Below the pieces are notes generated by a model, which saw only the letters and a program-made list of their open reading frames with translations, did not search any database and had not been told where the DNA came from. Below are positions 59,982-64,000 of a stretch of DNA of 64,000 nucleotides, piece by piece. Made by a program: the position numbers and the translations under genes. Numbering within the stretch: position 1 is the first letter of the stretch; each line of letters begins with the position of its first letter. This DNA comes from Euglena gracilis (Eukaryota): assembly GCA_039621445.1 (NCBI GenBank), contig CP154954.1:33147455-33211454 (forward strand), given 5' to 3'.

Positions 59982-62784
59982 AGCGCCCTCTCCGCAAATC
60001 ACGCGCGGGCATGTCCCAGCCTTGCTGGGCAGGCAGCCGCCGTTGCACTCTCCGTTTGTGTTGCGTTGCGTTGCGCTGCGCATGTTGTTGCAGTCGTCAG
60101 CGAACTCATCGGAGTTATCTCCATCCGCAGAGTTGCTCTCGTGCTTTTGTAACCCCCCCCCCAATTAGAAGCCCCCTGGGGTAATTATTTATTTGGTCGC
60201 ACTGCAGAAAACCGGAGGGGGGGGGCACTTCTATTTGGTTGTCCCTGTTTTACCTCGGTCAAAGGGCAGCTGAGGCGGTCCGGGGATCAGACAGGGTGAA
60301 ATATTAAGATTTTAGAAAGAAAACGCATTCTTAATGTATTGGGTGGATGGTCGATGGTCCAAGGACGCCAGCTATCAATTTCCCCCCCTGAAGCACCTGT
60401 TTTTGGCAAAAAGCATGCACTGTGTTATTTGAAATTTGAAGTTACAGTTTGAACTGGAAAAATATCACCCTGCGGCTGTGACAAACTTTCGAACTCCTTT
60501 TAGCAAAAATGTGCACAATCCAAAAGAAATTCTCCCAGAATGAACAGAATGAACCACAACATGATGCAGCCGAATTTGTGCACAACAGCGTTTACCCGTG
60601 GATGCCACAATGGGATTTTTGTTACATGAATGTGGGGGACGGGGGTGGGAGGAAGGGGGTGAGGGAGGGGGTTGGGGTAAGCAGCAGGGCGGAGTGGCCT
60701 GCAGCCCCCCCCGCCTGCCCCCCCCCCCGGGTCCACCCAAAAGCCCGTCTTCCCTCTACCATTGACGTCGTCCTGCCATCCATTCCAACACATGTCAGTC
60801 CTCATCATTCTGGGCACACGTTGGATGATTCCAATGCACATTTGTAGCTGTGCTGCCTGTGCTTTGAAAATGCAGAAAGATTACTGTGGCTAATGGGTTA
60901 CCCAAGGCCCCGCGGGTCACGGGTGTTTTTCAAGGCCTTAAATAACCGGGGAAAAAAAACTGAAAAAAACCATTTGGCCAAAATGCCTTGGAAAAATTGG
61001 AAGCCCTTAAATAGCCTCAAAGAAATCATTTTTGCAAAATTTTCGAAATTCGAGCCAAAAATGATGTCGCAAAAGCTTGGCAAGAACAAGCCAACACCAG
61101 GGGGAAAAATCCTCGACATCCTTGGAACATTCTCTATCCACAAAACTCGAAAAAACATGGGTTATCGACTTTTTCAGTATTAAACCCCGTTCGATGTCGG
61201 GATGGCCCTTGAACTTCCCTTTTTGAAAATAGACGCTTTTAATTTTTGAAAATGCCTGAAAAACCTTGAAACACGCCTTAAAAAACCTTAAAATTTTTTG
61301 CAGATTTGCGTCTTAAAAATACCCCCTGCCTGCAGAGCCTTCGCAGTGCCTCGTTACCTGCAGGAATTATTTTTTAAGGTGAAATTTCTCAATTTTTTAA
61401 GTTTTCTGAGGAGTTTTTTAAGGTTTTTTTAAAGGTTTTTACAGCATTCTGAAATTTTCAAAGAGTTTTCAGGCATCCATTTTCCATTGGCGGTCAAAGA
61501 GCCATCTGGGCGTCGAACCAACGTCGGTCCAGGTTGAAATCAAACCCATTTTTTTGAGTTTTGGGTGGATAGACAATGTTCCATTTTTCTCCCCCAGAGT
61601 TGGCTTGTTTTTTCCAAGATTTCGCGACTTCTTGTTTGATCAAACTTCAAAAATTTTTCCAAGTTTATTGAGGTTTTTACTGTTTTTTAAGGTCTTATAA
61701 AGCGTTTTGCCCAAAAAAAGTTTTAAGGTTTTTTTGAGGTGTTTTAAGGCACCTTTGAAGAAGCAATGCCTTGTAACCTGCGAGCCTCCGCGGAGCCTCC
61801 TGCAGGTAATCAAAAGGACATCTTTTCCATTTTTGAGGTGGACCCGCAATCCCCGCCCACCATCATGAATTACTATTCAGCCTTGAGTACCACCACCATC
61901 CGGCTACTGTGACACAAACCAGAAAACCACCTCTCAATTCGATACCCCCAAATAACAAACCCCCCAAGCCCCCCCTCGATTCCTTGGCTAATGTGTCATC
62001 AGCAATGAGGTGGGTGGGTTTGTGAGAAAAGGGAGGGAAGAGGCCCTTGAACCTGCAATGGGAACAGGCAACAGTGTGGTGTGGGATGCGTTGCGTTGTG
62101 TGGTGTGGGGCAATGAGCTGTGGCGCGGTGCGGTGTGAGAGGTGATACAAACCCCGGTCACCCAGCGACGTCGCTTAGGCCCAGCGGGTCCAGCCAGCCA
62201 GCAGCTTTTTTTCCAGCCTCGGAACCTCCATGAACTAATTTTGTTTTGCTTTCCGTTTGCTTTGGGGTGGCTGGACAGTGACAAAATTTTTTTGCTTTCG
62301 GCAGGAATGGACCAAAAACGGGCAAAAAATTGCCAGTCCAAACCTGCAAAGTTGGCAGAAATTGCAAAGTTGGCAGTTTGGGGGGGGGGCGCTTTTAGTT
62401 TGCATTTCTTGGTCCCCTGTTCAACCCCTGGTGACCAGTTCCAGCCAGGGACCCCATGGGGTGGTGGGTTAGCCAGCAGCCTTTTTTTCCAGCCCGCCAT
62501 AATTTTCCATCCTGTTAGCTGGACCTTCGGGCACCAAGCGACGCCCAGGTTGGAGCAGCAGTTGGGGCAGCAGAGTTGGTGTATATCAACAACCTCTTTA
62601 CCAATCACCACAAGTGAACAGTGCATAAAGTGGGTGCCCTCCATCATGACCCACAATGTTGCCTTGGGTTGGTTGTCCATTGTCCTTTGCAGTGATAAGT
62701 TGCTGGGAACGAACGGTTTGGCAGTTGGCCATCCTTGGACTATGTCCACCGCAGACACACAAATGCCCACCCGGATGCTGTAGG

Positions 62785-63978
62785 ATGGCGTTGACTGCTG
62801 CACAGACCATCACCGACGGCTTGATGAAGGACATCATCACGCCAGGTGAGCAGGAACGATTTCCTTTTTTGCTGCTTCGCGGTTCCTTTTTTGCTCTGCA
62901 CAATAAACACAGGAAACAGTTCGTTGTGGGGCCAACCCCAAAAAAACAACACCCACGAACCCAAGGATTTTTTTGCATGACATTGCAAACCCTTTTGTGT
63001 GGGAATAAAAAAGACACGTCGTCTGGGGCAAACCCCAGGCTCTCTTTGGCAGTTGAGGAAGTGCAGACCCCCATAGCCCAGAGGGAGGATCTCTTGGCAC
63101 CTCCCCCGAAGTGGGCTGGGTTTTAGGTTGGAGGCACATCACACAGCCGGTCCAGGGGCTCGAAAGAAACCACTTCCAAGAAGGGGAATTTCTTTGGGTC
63201 AGATCCAGTGTTGACCCAACCAGGCGGCCCACATGGGACGAGCTTTTTTTTCTTGCCAAGGACCGCGCCTCAAAAACACTTGGACTTTTCAGGCCAACAG
63301 CTGGTCCGGGCGTCGAACGGGGTCGAACCTTAAAATGTCAAAGATATGCACGATGCATTCCTTGGCAGTTTGGGGAGGGGCGAAGGTTCAAGGATGCCAG
63401 AACTCATTTTTATCCCGAAGTGGACCTCTCTAAATGGGCATTTTTCCGCCATTTTCCCCATGGATTTACATTGCATACGGTGGGACGGGAAATTTCCGTT
63501 GCGCTCAAGGACCGCCCTGGACTCAGCCCGATCCCTCCCCCATTCCTGCTGTGAGCAGGGCCAGAAAAGCAGCCCCCTCCCCCAGACCAGGGGGTGACCC
63601 CACCATGTGCCAACCCTCCCCCCAAGGGTATTCCACCGGCCCCCCTGTGTCCCAGGGGACGGCGCGACGTTCCCCACCGCCGGGGAGACCGTGATGGTGC
63701 ACTACACCGGCACGCCCACGGAGCGCTCTGCGGGCCTCCGGACGTTCGGGTTTCTGCGAACCGCCGGGGACCGGGCGGCGCAGCTCGCACGGCCCCCGCC
63801 CTGCCCGCTGCTGGGGCCCCCCGGCCGGGACCGCCGCCCGCCTGCCCGGAGCGCGCCGTGGCTCAACTGGCGGCTGACGGGTCCACCTTCGACACGTCGC
63901 GGGGCGAGTGGGCCGACACCTGCAACGGCATCACCGTGTTGAAGAAGAAGAAGCCGTTCACCTTTGTCCTGGGCCAGG
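62785..63978 (+). CDS. FKBP-type peptidyl-prolyl cis-trans isomerase (FKBP12-like), 3' truncated by the window end
   Basis: Exons 62785-62845, 63656-63713 and 63866-~63978 splice to MALTAAQTITDGLMKDIITPGDGATFPTAGETVMVHYTGTLAADGSTFDTSR...KPFTFVLGQG. This contains the FKBP motifs PGDGxxFP, VHYTGxL, DGxxFDxSR and PFxFxLG. Confidence 0.9.
63714..63865 (+). other. Non-conventional intron in the FKBP gene (CAC...GTG variant)
   Basis: C|gccCACGG...CCGTGgctca|A. Removal restores the conserved HYTGTL. Confidence 0.75.
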
Positions 63979-64000
63979 GTATCTTCTGCTTTCCCTCCTG

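Noticed and set aside
1-64000. Intact transposase or reverse transcriptase gene
   Set aside because: No ORF with recognisable DDE, hAT dimerisation, BED or RT motifs was found. The hAT assignment rests only on TIR ends and TSD length.

Overview
Eukaryotic nuclear DNA, almost certainly from a euglenid (Euglena-like). Short GC-rich exons lie on the + strand. They are separated by long repeat-filled introns of two types: spliceosomal GT-AG introns with mostly GTGTG donors, and non-conventional stem-forming introns of the N3-CAG...CTG-N5|R type. Three + strand genes were assembled by hand. The first is a coiled-coil protein with weak FAM228-like similarity (~3038-14493). The second is a very large multi-pass membrane protein with a Trp-rich WHIM3-like C-terminus (~17.8/21.6-59.98 kb). 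The third is an FKBP-type peptidyl-prolyl isomerase (62785 to the window end). A tRNA-Ala(CGC) lies at 18566-18637. The introns hold at least ten non-autonomous elements that end in CAG...CTG-type inverted repeats and are flanked by 8-bp target-site duplications (hAT-like MITEs), some nested three deep. Main observation: several non-conventional introns are exactly such an element plus 3 nt of the left TSD and 5 nt of the right TSD, so splicing restores a single copy of the target site. This points to a hAT-MITE 'introner' system that would explain the euglenid 3+5 splice geometry and the Y|R...Y|R junction rule. Exon boundaries were inferred from reading frame and base pairing, without transcript data.
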